The notes: generated from the letters alone by a model not told the origin. Positions 1 to 13,925 are shown, numbered from the stretch's first letter. The stretch is 64,000 bases of DNA from Octopus vulgaris (GCA_951406725.2 OX597820.1:85436001-85500000); one strand, 5' to 3'. Translations and numbers: made by a program.

Positions 1-663
1 GTTTCTGCCAGCTCGCCGCCTTCTAATGACAGATATATCATTTGGCTCGTGATAGAGATAGTGTTTACTGTACACAGTATAATATTTAACATTATCATAT
101 ATTTTGAAACTGTTCTTTATTATGACATGGAGACGAAATAATTTAGTGAAACGGACGCGTTACATTTGATATACAACTAATAAATATCTTGTATATTAAT
201 ATCCAAAAGTGCAAAATGATTTAGTCATAACATATAAAATAATTATACACACTAGGGTACTTGTAATCCTTGTTCCTTATCTGGATTAGACTTTATTCCT
301 TGAGACATAACACCATAAATTGTATTAACCACCAGTAATCCCACCTTAATCAAGCGAAGCGAGTTTGTGTAAGAGAATACATATTCATAAAAGGAAGTTA
401 TTAAAATAAATTATCGTTTACGTAACTCTTTTTTTTTTAAATCACTGTGGATAAATCCCAATAATCTACTTGGTATCTCCAGTTTTTTTAATTATAAATA
501 AAAACAATCGGAGACTGGGATTAAGGTTGCAAAAATATCAAATTTTACTAATTTTTTTTTTATAGCACATAAATGTATTTATGAGGCGAAAAATATTGAA
601 AAACTTCAATACATCCGGGAAGCGATAAAGAGGGTGATTACGTATATTCTTATGAACGTATTT

Positions 664-1362
664 ATATATAGAAGCACCTGCTCTTCTCTCTTTGTTGTAG
701 CTCATATTTCACTGCCATATAACATTGCAGGTAGAACTGTACTGTTGATGATGTTGGCGCGGGTGGTCCTGTTCAACCATCCCTTGAGCACATCCCTTAT
801 GCCATTAAACGCCTTCCATCCGGCCCTTACTATCCGTGAGATCTCCTTTTCGATATATCGGCACATATTCACTTCCTGTCCCAAGTAGACATATTCCTTT
901 ACCTCCTCTATTTCGTCACTGCCGATCACCATTCGACCTGTTGGTACGTTGTCTGACCGCATGAACTTCGTTTTCATGCGGTTCATCTTGAGACCTTCTG
1001 CGGAGCTTTTGATGTCGAGCTCCGTCAAAGAGCCATAGAAAGGTCAATGCTTGGTATCTCGTTGAGAGAGTACATCAGTAGCGAGATCATCAGAAAGAAG
1101 TTTAGATGGGCTGGACACGTCACCCAGCTCACCGATAATCGGTGGACCCGCGCAGTTGTCTAATGGTACCCGCGCAAGCGGAAACGACCACCCGGAAGGC
1201 CTCCACGACGGTGGAGTTACGATTTCAGGAGGACTATTGGGATCACGTGGATGAGAAAGGCGCGATCCAGAGAGGAGTGGACAGAGTGCTGTGACCAGCG
1301 GTGTCAAATGGAGGCCCGACGGACTGCTCGGTCAAGGAGATCAAGGTGATATATACAAGCAC
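664..1362 (+). mobile_element. 5'-truncated RTE-clade LINE with inverted 5' segment (twin-priming structure)
   Basis: Minus 1028->671 translates to LTELDIKSSAEGLKMNRMKTKFM...EYVYLGQ...VLPAMLYGSEI*ATTKREEQVL (RTE RT C-terminal region). Plus 1026->1349 continues QRAIERSMLGISLRE..KKFRWAGHVTQLTDNRWTRAVV*WYPRKRKRPPGRPPRRW. Short tandem tail TCAAGGAGA TCAAGGTGA. TSD-like pair atatatagaagcac (664-677) / atatatacaagcac (1349-1362). Confidence 0.88.
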
Positions 1363-2727
1363 ATCTTGGGATGTACTAGAAACAAAAGTCAAATCTCCCT
1401 TAAATCAATCACTTTTCCCTCTGTAAATATTAAGTATTTAAATTTAATTTCTGGCGAAAAGGCTCCTCCCATGGTTTTGAAGTGCAGAAAAATAAGCCAA
1501 AATAGGTCTCGAGTGGGATGATGACAGAGGTAGGGTTGTAAAAAAAATTTCAAAACTTTTTCCATACAAAGACATCCCCACAAGAAACAGCACACAAACG
1601 CACAATCATTTCGAAGGCTGTGGTTTTTAAAATAATTAGGAAAATCTCCATCAAAGACGAGCAGTTCTAATTTAATTTGTCTACCTGATCCGAGACTCCA
1701 TTTTGCAGAAATTCCTCTCCCCACCCCCTCGGTAAAACCTTTCCCCACAAAATTTTTTATAATCTATGCTGTTTGAAAGGTATTTTTATAAACTTTCATT
1801 AAAAGATACCCATTTTCCTGAAATTTATGAGGGAACATGTCGGATCATGTGAATTTTTCGAAACTCCCTTCTCCACCACCATTCTCCCGAAAAATTCTTT
1901 GCCATAAATCACTATATATTCTGAAGCCACAACATCGAAGCGGTATTTGTATAAAATTTTGTTTGAAAGTATCAATTTTACTCTTAAGAATGATAAACCA
2001 CCCGAAGGGCGGTCTTTCTCCCAGTAATAATTGTATGAGAAAAATACATCTTATGACATACCTATAACACTAGTATTCATGATGGCATTACTATAAAATG
2101 ATGAGGATATTTAATATTCAAGCTAGGTTTTTCCAATCGCCAGAGGACGTGGGCTAAGAATCGAACCCAAACGCAATAAGCCATTTACGTAACATTAGAT
2201 CACGCATATTCTTATGGACGTGTATTTGTAAGCACATATATTTGTAAAGGTATATTGATGACGTGCATATATGTATGTATATATGTATGCCTATATACTT
2301 AAACATATATGTTTACGTATGTATACACATACAATTATTCAATATATATATATGTGTGTGTGTGTATGTATACATACATATACGTACGTACATACATACA
2401 TACGTATTATTCTGTTGCAAGATAATGATATGCATTTTAATATTAATAACAATTTAATGCTTCATTTCTCATAAGAATGATAAACCAGCATTAAAAGTTT
2501 ATTTGGTTTTCCAAATATATTTATTTTAGTACCTTTTTTATAAAAGAAATATTTTAATGCGAAATTTATTAGTTTTATGCTAGTTACCATTCCTGCAATG
2601 TGAGAAGATTACACACAAATGTAAACTTCAGAAGTTTATAACGAAAAGCTTATATATAAATACATACATACGTACATACTCACATATTTATACACACGCA
2701 CACACACACACAAATATATATATATAT

Positions 2728-2768
<41 letters not shown>

Positions 2769-2836
2769 CAAACATATACGTATATAATTGAGTTATTAAT
2801 TTGTATTTTTTAAAGTTTTATGAAAGTCCGTGTGGT

Positions 2837-2996
2837 AGGCGCAGGATTAGCTGTGTGGTAAGTAGCTTACTACCAAACACATAGCTCCTGGCTCAGTCCC
2901 ACTGCGTGGAACCGTGGGCAAATGTCTTATTCTATAACCTCGGGCCGACCAAATAGTTGTGAGTGGATTTGGTAGACGGAAACTGAAAGAAGCTCG

Positions 2997-3036
<40 letters not shown>

Positions 3037-3073
3037 CGAGCTTCTTTCAGTTTCCGAAACTGAAAGAAGCTCG

Positions 3074-3113
<40 letters not shown>

Positions 3114-3138
3114 CGAGCTTCTTTCAGTTTCCGTCTAC

Positions 3139-3185
<47 letters not shown>

Positions 3186-3228
3186 CGAGCTTCGTTCAGT
3201 TTCCGTCTACCAAATCCACTCACAACTA

Positions 3229-3273
<45 letters not shown>

Positions 3274-3732
3274 CTGTAAATGTAATATGTAGCAATTATT
3301 CTGTAGCCATGATAAAACTCCGAGTTTCGGATGCCGACGTGGAAATCCACGCCGCCATCTCTTCAGTTATCCGGCCATCGGAAAAATGGCGGCGTGGATT
3401 TACACCTTGACATCCGAAACTTGTTACATATTACATTTAGAGATAAATTCCTGTATTTACATAACATCGGGGTCTCTTTCTTTTTGTTGTCTTACCATTT
3501 TTACCAATATATATATATATATATATATGTTTGTATGTCCGTGTTTGTTCCCTACCATCTCTTAACAATCGATGTTGGTGTGGTTTCGACCCTTAACGGT
3601 TTGGCAATAGATCGATAGAATATGTACTAGGCTTACAAAGGATAAGTCCTGGGGTCAATTTGTTCGACTAAATCCGGTGCTCCAGCATGGCCGCAGTCGA
3701 ATGACTGAAACAAATAAAATAAGATTAAAGAA
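2837..3732 (+). mobile_element. tRNA-derived SINE, family A (internal microsatellite), interrupted by fold-back duplications and a hammerhead element
   Basis: Head AGGCGCAGGATTAGCTGTGTGGTAAGTAGC with B-box-like GGCTCAGTCCC. Body GTGAGTGGATTTGGTAGACGGAAACTGAAAGAAG. The 3' half at 3530-3732 (AGTACTAGGCTTACAAAG-like...GGTGCTCCAGCATGGCCGCAGTC...GACTGAAACAA) matches copies at 16360, 27613 and 30135. Confidence 0.85.
3311..3371 (-). ncRNA. Minimal type I hammerhead ribozyme motif in a small inverted PLE-type insertion (about 3275-3510)
   Basis: Minus strand reads GATAA-CTGAAGA-GATGGCGGCGTGGATTTCCACGTCGGCATCC-GAAA-CTCGGAG-TT-TTATC: stem I GATAA/TTATC, intact core, long stem II, short stem III. A partial inverted copy follows at 3378-3441. 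Confidence 0.75.
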
Positions 3733-4048
3733 TATATATATATATATAATTTGAAAACAAGGACGATACATAAAATTATTCATTCAACTTTAAAAAATAC
3801 AAATTAATAACTCAATTATATACTTATATGTTTGTATAAATATATGCATATATGCTTATATACATATATATATAGACACATATATATATACATTTATCTA
3901 TACTTGACAACCTATCTCTTTTATCTACCTCTATGTATATATATGTGTATATATACATACATATATATGTATATATACATATATACACATGATATATATA
4001 TATATATGTATATATATAGTTCTCACACTCTCCTCTCTCTCACTCTCT

Positions 4049-4084
<36 letters not shown>

Positions 4085-6586
4085 GTACGTATATAAATAT
4101 GTGAGTGTGTATGTACAGTCATTCATACATACACACACACGAGAACTCTGCCAAAGGTAATGCAAGAGTGGACATAATTATTTTATTAAGTGATATAGAT
4201 CGTTTAAATTGCAGATAATTTTGAAAATTAAAAGTTCGAATATAGTATCTCCTCTCTCTTTGATTCTTTATTGACGGCAAATATTAGATTCTTCGCTTGA
4301 TGGATGAGCCCTCACCGAGTTCTTGATAAAGGAGCGGAGGGAGATCTAGCTTTCGATATCCACAGTTGGCAACAGTTTTTTTTTCTTTTTTTTGGTGGTG
4401 GTGGGGGGGGGGGGGCAAAGTAACTGAGATTCTACACGATGGGAGCCAATCAACTACAATTCCTCTCACGAAATCTCTGTACTTAGACCAATTGATTCAT
4501 GCAGACAGACTAGACACAATGCTTCAGAAGTCAAAAAGTATTACAATGGTTAGACTTTGGAGCATTGGAAAGAATTTTCACCAAGGGTATCTCGGTGGGC
4601 GAAATACGTTTAGAATAGTAGAAGACTGAAAACGCACTTTGATGCGGTGATAAAATTATAAAGCCGTGTAACAATTGCTTTGCAGATGTAGCTTTATATA
4701 GATGCTGAATATTGTAAAACATTGACTGGAGGAAGAAATTGCGTATGTTTCGCTGAGGCTTTCTCGGCAACGCTTAAACCGTCTATCAAGCGATTCTCAT
4801 TCTTTTTGCGCACGTCAAAAGCCGTGACTATCTCTTATTTCACAGTGATTTAGCCGCTTTTTCTAGTAAACCAGCAGACTATGAAGAGGGTCCTTTTGAT
4901 GAATTGAGTAAATACAAGGCCAATGTCCTTTCAGTCGTCACTAACCTGGATTATTTTATATCCGTGTCAACATCTCCAAAATATATTTTGCTCTCATTTT
5001 ATATAAGAAAGAATTGACTGCTATCTTATTTGTAAGTTGAGTGAATACGATCACTTATATTCCACTATTATTTTACCTTAATCATATGACCGATGTCTGG
5101 TTTTAGCTATAGGTAAATACAGCAATTAAACGCTAATAGCTGTGGGTGTCAGTAATATAATTGACTATCTACCACCACTAACACTACTATCACCACCGCA
5201 CCGTTATCACAACCACTATCGCTGCCATCATTATCATGATCCTCATCGGCATCATTATACTCGCCTTGCATTTTACATTCAATTTTGGATCTTGTGAATG
5301 TGTTATGATTGTTGTATTGTTTTATGCCAATTCAACTCTGTTTACGTTGACCAGTGATTAAAGATATTCAAGCCATCCTAATTTGGTGCTTATGTTTGTA
5401 GGTGAACTATCTTCAAAGCTATCTTCAGGTATATCTTAATTATTTCAGAAAATATGAACATGGAGTATGTTGGTAGAATACTTCTTTTAACGACGAAAGC
5501 CCATTTTGGCTTCTTTCTGTTAAACGTGTTAAGCAACATTATGAGTATTCAAATTATTATTCATTCTGTCAGATAAGTCAACACTTTGGAATAACGAATT
5601 ACCAAAATTCTTGGTAATAACATCTGCTTTTTTATTGCTTTTTTGGTCATGTAGAGAATATCCCAGGCGTAAAACGATATTATTCCTGTATTTTATTACC
5701 TTAATGAAAGAATATTAAAAAGCAATTACAAATAAGTGTCGAGAACGATTTCAGCTAAAGCAAAGATATTCAAGCCAAGAAAGAGTAGAAAACTTTGCAG
5801 TTTTAGACTTGCAAGTAATGCGAGCTGAATAATCCTCACATCGCTCTGAGCATCTTAAAATTGTATCGTGCATTGTATATCTAGTGTGAATTACTACTAT
5901 AAGCATAATGATTTAACAAAAACAAAAAAAAAAACAGAATGATTACTGATTCACAGATTAAATGATATTGATCATAATCGCGTCTGATAAGTGATGACCT
6001 GGTGGTTAAGCAAAAGCAAGTAAACAATGTTGAAACTACATATAGAAAGAAAGTGAAATTTTGGATTAAAAAGAAATTGCAGACATGCGAAAAGAAAGAT
6101 CAGAATCTGTTCAATATCGTAAGATAGATCAATAAATAAAGCTAGCTTACTTTATTATTCTGAAATAGTTTTTGCTGCAATTGTATTTGATTATTCTGTC
6201 AGATGAACAATGCTAAAAACATTCTCGAATACAAAATGGCTGTCGTTTTGTAAATTTTACAAAAATGAAAACATTTACAATATTAAAAACAAAAACAATG
6301 TATTTTGCTCTTGTATATAAAGCAATAATGCTGCTGAAATTGGGAATTAGAATGACGAGGTTTCTGAATCATCATCTGTAATAAATGTTTCCTTTATAAG
6401 AGCCAAATATGCATAATTAGATAAATAATTAAACCATAAACGACATGAGTACCTCTATGTCAGTATGCATGTATATATGTGTGTGCATGTGAGTAAATAC
6501 GTGTATATACTTTATACACGTGTGCGTGTATACATATATATATATGTATATCTGTGTGTGTCCGTGTGTATCTATCTATCTATCTA

Positions 6587-6669
<83 letters not shown>

Positions 6670-7931
6670 CATATATATATACATATATATATACACACAC
6701 AGAGGGAGAGAGAGAGAGAAATACTAAGATCAAGAACTCTACATATCATTCAGTAATTATGCGTTGGTTTGTGTGTGGGCAAATTATTTCCAGCCAATGT
6801 TTCGCAGTTTTTCAACTCTCTGCTCTCAATCTAAAATTCTTCTATTTATTCATTGCATGTATTATATCCTGATACTGAGTAAATTAAGTAAATACATGTG
6901 TCTTTGAATTTCAAATACAAACATAAATATGTATATTATGTAAATATATATATATATTACGCAGCATAAGCATGCCAGGAATAATTTTACAAAGATATAG
7001 ATTGACACATCCTTTATCACACAGGTGTTCTATATTTCTGGAGCAAAAGTAATTTATCAATAAACCTCGTTAACTGATTGTTTGTGTGTACGTGCGAATG
7101 TATTATCATTGTATCATTGTTAGTATATATGTTTTTTTTACCAATGAAGAAGGCTACAAACGTTAAAATAATTGTGTAACAGATTAGATATGTTATAGTT
7201 ATTGGATATTACTTGGGATATCGTTTCTAGATTGGTAAGGAAGATGTTGATTGTATGTTCACTCAGAATAATTAAGATGATATTCTCAAAACATTGTGCT
7301 TAATGGATTGATGCAAATTATCAGGAATGCTTTGTGATAATGATTGAATGAATATTCAACACGCTCAAATGTCTTAATATACTGGACATTACATTTTCTT
7401 CGTGACATTTGGACTATGTATTTATTTTGGTGAAGGTTTCGTCGATACAAATCAAAGTAGTAGTTAAATCGGTTAATAACGATCAACTGGGTTCTCTCAG
7501 TAGTAATTCTGTTAGTGGGAAAGCGGTTCGCCTGCCCGAGTAATCTAGAAAGCCATTAATTGAACCATAGGTATTTACATTAAAAATTGGCATCTGATTG
7601 TTATTTTATCGCGACGAACTCATTATATAATGCATTAGCATCTTCAAAGCATAGAATTCTATGCTAGTAAGGCTTACCGTTACATGCAGTTTCTGTTTTA
7701 CGATAAAGCCTGGGGTATATGATTAACATAAAATTTTCTAGATAATTTACAAGAAGTCGTTACATTGGTGCATCAAAAAATAAGAAAATTGTTACTTTGA
7801 TCAACATTTTGCTCAACACGAAACGTTTCCTAATCCTTACTTTAACTGCTTCAACTGTTTCAGCTTACTATTGAATAGATATGTGTGTGTCTATACATAT
7901 ATGTGTGTGTGTATACATATAAGTATACACA

Positions 7932-7986
<55 letters not shown>

Positions 7987-8110
7987 ACATACATATGTGT
8001 GTGTGTGGATCGCGCCAGGTAGTCATAGGAGGTGAATGTTTTTGCCGGCACACTACAAGGGATCTACCAAAAATACAATTTGGATACTAAATTTTAATAA
8101 TTAATTGTAA

Positions 8111-8161
<51 letters not shown>

Positions 8162-8234
8162 TACACACACACACATATACAGAGAGAGAGGTGAAGAAAT
8201 ACAGATAGGCAAACAAATAGACAGAGAGACACAC

Positions 8235-8298
<64 letters not shown>

Positions 8299-11200
8299 TG
8301 AGAGAGAGAGAGAGAGAGAGATACAGACAGATAGATGCGATTGCCAAATCTGTCTCTCCAAGAGACTACACAAAATCCATCAATCTGCACACTCTATATA
8401 CAAGAAGAAAGTTATTGTCACCATAGATGTAACTCTTGTTAAAGTCCTTGAAAACACTGGCATATGACAGTTCAGATACACCATCTTAGGTTTGGCTTTT
8501 CTACATACTAGGGCATGGAATTTGATCACTGTCTACCATATACAAAACGATCCCACTCGTGCTCAACATCTAGCTTTAATTGCGACCCAACATCATATTT
8601 AATTGCTAACACGTAATTACTGCTGCTGCTAACTCCAGTGATCGATGATTCAGCCAATTACCTTCGTCAGCATTTCACCCTATTACAACTGTCGTTGGAT
8701 ACATTACACTGCAGTTAGCTTCCAAAGTTCCGAAAGCTTTCTGCGAGCATCCTCTCCGAACAAAAACGGAAAGTGCTTGTATAGCTTCGACAGCATCAAA
8801 ACCACGTAACGTGAGCTGACCAATAGAGAACTATAATCTAAAAGCTATTTTGAATTTGCCTCAAATGGACGCAACCTACGCTCTCTGAAATATTTAAGAC
8901 ATAGAGAGCTAACTCAAACTGTAATGTATATATAAGTGATTTACCACTAAACCTCATGATGTATTTCGGAAAAGATATTAATTAGCATTGTACATAAGTT
9001 TCAGAATAGGATTTGCATTTTATCTAAAACAAAATTTCAACAGTATATCAATCGTTATTCACATTAAGTCATAAGTGTAAATGATATTTTATACTACAAC
9101 ACAAATCCTTCGTTTACAGCTTACATGGTTTTGAAACGTTTACTGGAGATTCTTCTGTTTGTCTTCTACGCATTGTAAAAGTTTCATACTTCATATATTT
9201 CTCAACAACGTAACATCGAATAACATTTTTATTAAAATTGCTAAATGTCTAAAGGTTCATTAGTATGTGTGCCGCCTCTGTGTTTGTCTGTGTGTATGTG
9301 TGAATCTGTGTATGTAGGAGTGCATTTATGTGCATATGCCCGTGCATGCGTGCGCGCGCGTTTGTGTATGTGTCAGTGTTTTCTGCAACACGTAAATGTT
9401 TAATGACCATGAGTTTCGTAAGTGACACTACCTTCGGTTTGATTAATGATTTATGTCATAAATTCGAAGATATTTGTACTGAGCACTGGGACCCCATTAA
9501 GACTAATCCTATCAGCAGTATCGCTGTAGTTGAATGTAGTGGCGAAGTAAAACTATTTCCAATTGGTGAGGTGAGTCTGCAAACATTTGTGTTTTAAGCT
9601 CACATGCATTTAATGATGATAATTTTAAGCAATCAAGATTGCCACCGTATCTAGAAGTAGTGGACGTCAAAAATACTTGAAGGAACGAAAGTAAGTGAAG
9701 TGCATCATCTCAAACTGATAATTTTCAAACTGATTGGCGCACTAAAATCGCGTGACTTAAATTTTAAATAAACATAGTGGCAAATAATCTCAGTTTTGGG
9801 GAGTTTGCACATAGATACAAATATCTACTTCAGTCTAGATAAATGATTTATTTGATCAGAAAAGTTTACGTTGGTCCTTTCCTTCCAACAAATTATCAGA
9901 TTAGCTATTTGTACCTTTCTTTAATTGAATATATCGATACAATAATGATCTGTTTGCCATGCTGAAGAAAAAAAAGGAATAGTTGATAAATATATTATAA
10001 ATAGTCTTGAAAACGAATCGTTATTCACATTAAGACTTAAGTGTAAATGACATTCTATACTGCTATTCAAATCCTTCGTTAACAGCTTACAAGGTTTTAT
10101 ATTCGGAAATATTTATTTAAGATCAATTTCCTTCACTTATCACCCTTTTAATATTAGCAAGCTATTATATAAAGCATTTCTTCACTAACCTTACCAAACA
10201 TAAAGTCGAATGAAGTTTGATTGCGATAACTAAATTTTATTAGTTTTTGATTTCAATTTCATAAGAATTATGGATATGATGTTTACGTCTCAATTATAAA
10301 TTTTGTTTCTCTCTACTTAGTAATTAATTTTGCTATTTTAATTAACTTTCGCAAGAAAACGATAAAAAGGAAAAAAATTCCAAAGGTACTTCATGGCCCA
10401 TTACATCAGAACTACTCATTGTAAATATTTCTTCAATTTATGTTTATTTTTCGTCGTTTTTACTTTAATTTAATCGAATTTTGTCGTTGCAAATATTGAT
10501 TTGTTCCTTAACTCCTAATGAACAAGAATATAATTGTCGACCGTGAAAATATAATTTCCCCCTAAATTTTCTTCATTAATATATATTATAGTTTCGGAAA
10601 TGAGGTCAGTTAACAATTCCTTGTGAATTAGACGGTAATTTAGATATTTCCTGCAACTACACATGAATAAAATGTCAGGAAGAAGAAGAAAAAAATAAAA
10701 CCAGCCGCTTCCAATATCACCTCATTAAAGGTTATTACTGTTATTAAACGAGAAATAGGAAGAATTCTTTCCATTATCAAATTTTTAAGTAGAAGAGCTA
10801 TTGATGCAACTTCTAGTTCCGAATATCATGTATATTTCCCCAACTCTCACTCGAGCAGGGATTATGTTTTGAGCTATAATTACTACTTCAAAAGCTGTAT
10901 TTGCAAAAGCGAAGCAGAAAGCATCAAACTTTGACATTGATGCTGTTGTTAATGTTGTTGTTGTTTGTTTCGTTTTTGTTGTTGATCTTGTTGTTGATGT
11001 TAAATGCATCGTATCAATATAACTAATTATACATGTGGCACAACGGTGGCTAATGTGAAAAGTAGGAATACATATTTTCATTTTGATTCAAAGTCTTCTC
11101 ACTGAATGGATATGCTGACCTCAATTGTATGATATACAGATTTGTGCATTGACGAACGCTGGAGATTCTATGAAGAAAATTCACTTGAAATATATGCAGA

Positions 11201-11394
11201 GGAAATGACTACGCATTAATGCGCCTACAATTGTAAAATAATAAAATGTAATTATGGATCTGTTTCAATGATCTTCAAAAATAATATAATACCTCTTTTG
11301 TTGTGAATAGTTAGATATAGTTCACGCTATCCATATTTGATTCTGAAATACATTACTCTATGACTTCTACTATTGTAAATTCATTTGCCATGAT

Positions 11395-11652
11395 TTGTAA
11401 ATGAATTTGGTGGGGGAAATTGTGGAAGCCCGTCGTGTGTGTGTATGTGTTTGTGTGTGTGTGTGTATGTGTGTGTGTTCCTCTGTTTGTCACTCATCAC
11501 CATTTGGCAATCGATGTTGAATTGTTCACGCACGGCAAAAGCGAACCATAGGATAAGTACCAGACTTGATTACAATCATTTCAACTAAACAAATATACCC
11601 AAAGCGGTGCCCCATAATGCCTGAAGTCCTATGAGTGAAACAAGTAAAAGAT
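11395..11652 (+). mobile_element. Degraded 5'-truncated family A SINE
   Basis: GAAGCCCGTCG-(TG)n...GGATAAGTACCAG...GCGGTGCCCCA...TGAAACAAGTAAAAGA matches the family A 3' half seen elsewhere in the window. Confidence 0.7.
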
Positions 11653-13033
11653 TATGATAATATAACTTGTGTAGTATTCTCTAGAAATATCCAAAGCATA
11701 CCTATAGCATATTTCAGAAAACGATTGCACCGCAATTACAGAATGAAGAAATTGATGTTAAAAAAAAGAGTAAAATCTCATAATACAAGATATCAGAGGT
11801 ATAGCAACTAACTATAATGTCGTACAATAATGTTTAAAAAACCTTCCTCATTAACTCGAAACAAACTGGCAAAACTAATGCGTAGTTCAAACAATTCAGT
11901 ATATAAAGTCCATTGTAAATACTAAAGTTCTTAATCTCGTGAATCAAGCTGTTAAATTGTGCGCGCAAGTATCAGAATATTGCAATGATTTAACCAGGCC
12001 TTTACAACAATCCGTTGCAATATTTTGTAATCCATTCACTAAATATATTTTTATGGAAAGATATTTAGTCGAGGGCAGCTCTATGTTACGTAAAATTAAA
12101 TAACAAAATATTAAAAAAGCCTCGAAAAGTTTACTAATTGCAATCACCATCCAAAAACATCAACACTCTGTTGCAGTTAATTGTTAGGGATTGCGTTTAT
12201 ATGCCTATTTGTTAAGGATTGCAACAGGTATATAAGCGCCAACGAACAGATACACATATATAGAATACATACACATTTACGTACGCGCGCACATATACGT
12301 ACGCGCCCGCACACTCATGCATATGCGCGCGCACACAGAAATAGATGCTAGTGTAATATATACATATAAACACGTTTATATATAAATGTATCTATTGTGT
12401 ATGTATCGGTGAGTGTGTTTGGAGTGCGTGTGTGCATATGTGGTTATCATTAAGTAATAAAACAAAATATTGCTCGCTCTCTGACAGATTTATTACCGAA
12501 CCTGTGGCAGTGGAGACCTCAAGTCTGCTGGGACCATGAGGCAGTCTATATTACAGAAGAATGTAAGAATTTCATAGCTTGCTACCCGGAGTTGATCATT
12601 ATATAATCGTATTATATTGTTACCTTATTTCAGTGCATTTCCTGTCAGCTATCCTTATAACTGCAATTTTTTTACGCTCTTTCCCTCTTCTCTTTTATTC
12701 TATGGTAAGATAATATTATTTTCTACTTGTACCGGAAAGAAATACACTAGTTATTTATAGAAAAATTAATCGAGAGTACTATATAATTGCGTTGAATTTG
12801 CATTGACCTTCAGCAAACTGCTGATGAAAGAGTATTGTGTCTTTGTTTCTACTTCTGTGAGTTTTATCTGTTGCCCGTGCTAAATGAATCTCATTTCTGT
12901 TTAATAGAATCGAGACATCGTAAGGTATTAGAGAGCATGCGTGTATGTAGGTACATGCGTATACATATATCAACCTGTGTTTTTATATTATGTGTGTGTA
13001 TATGTATGTATGTATATAATATAATATAATATA

Positions 13034-13090
<57 letters not shown>

Positions 13091-13564
13091 GTATATATAT
13101 ATGTGTGTGTGTGTGTATGTGTGGGTGTATGGGTGTAATATGCATCAACCATATGCGATATTCCATTGCCAATTCTGTTTCGACACGTTATTTCCTCATT
13201 TTCAGAACCTCCAAACATACAGCTGACATGTCATAATCTATTTCCTCTCCATGCAATATAAATGCCGATAAGCCTGCAAATGTAAAGGAAGCCCTGCTCT
13301 CTATATACTTACGTTTGTAATGTAAGTAAAAGCATTTTGACATATTTCCAAAATAACAGATGCAGAAAAAAAAATAATGGGATTCATATAGTCCTGTGGT
13401 AATGGAAGCAGCGTTATTTTTTTTGTTTTGTTTTTTCTTACGAAGCAAATGCACTCAGTTCTACTTGGATGCAAATGAATCTATCTGTCTATATACGGAT
13501 ATACGCGGACACACAAGGGACGCATGCACGTATATAATGTATATCTACTGCTGTGTATACATAC

Positions 13565-13626
<62 letters not shown>

Positions 13627-13679
13627 TTATGTATGTTTATATACATATATATGTCTGCGTGTATGTATGTGTGTATATA

Positions 13680-13716
<37 letters not shown>

Positions 13717-13925
13717 GCATGAACGTGTGCATATGTAAGAACGTATGTTTCATTTTCATCGCTGCAACGTGACTCAAGTGGAGTGAGAGCTTCCTTCATC
13801 GGACTCCCTACGCTTGAGTCATTTGTAACTTCTGGCGATTAAAGATAAAATAATATATATACGATTTGGGTTCTGTTTTTTCTACTTTGCATCACTATTT
13901 ATATATATATATATGTGTGTGTGTG

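Noticed and set aside
8655-8680. Minus-strand CTGACGA core-like motif
   Set aside because: No stem II or GAAA follows.
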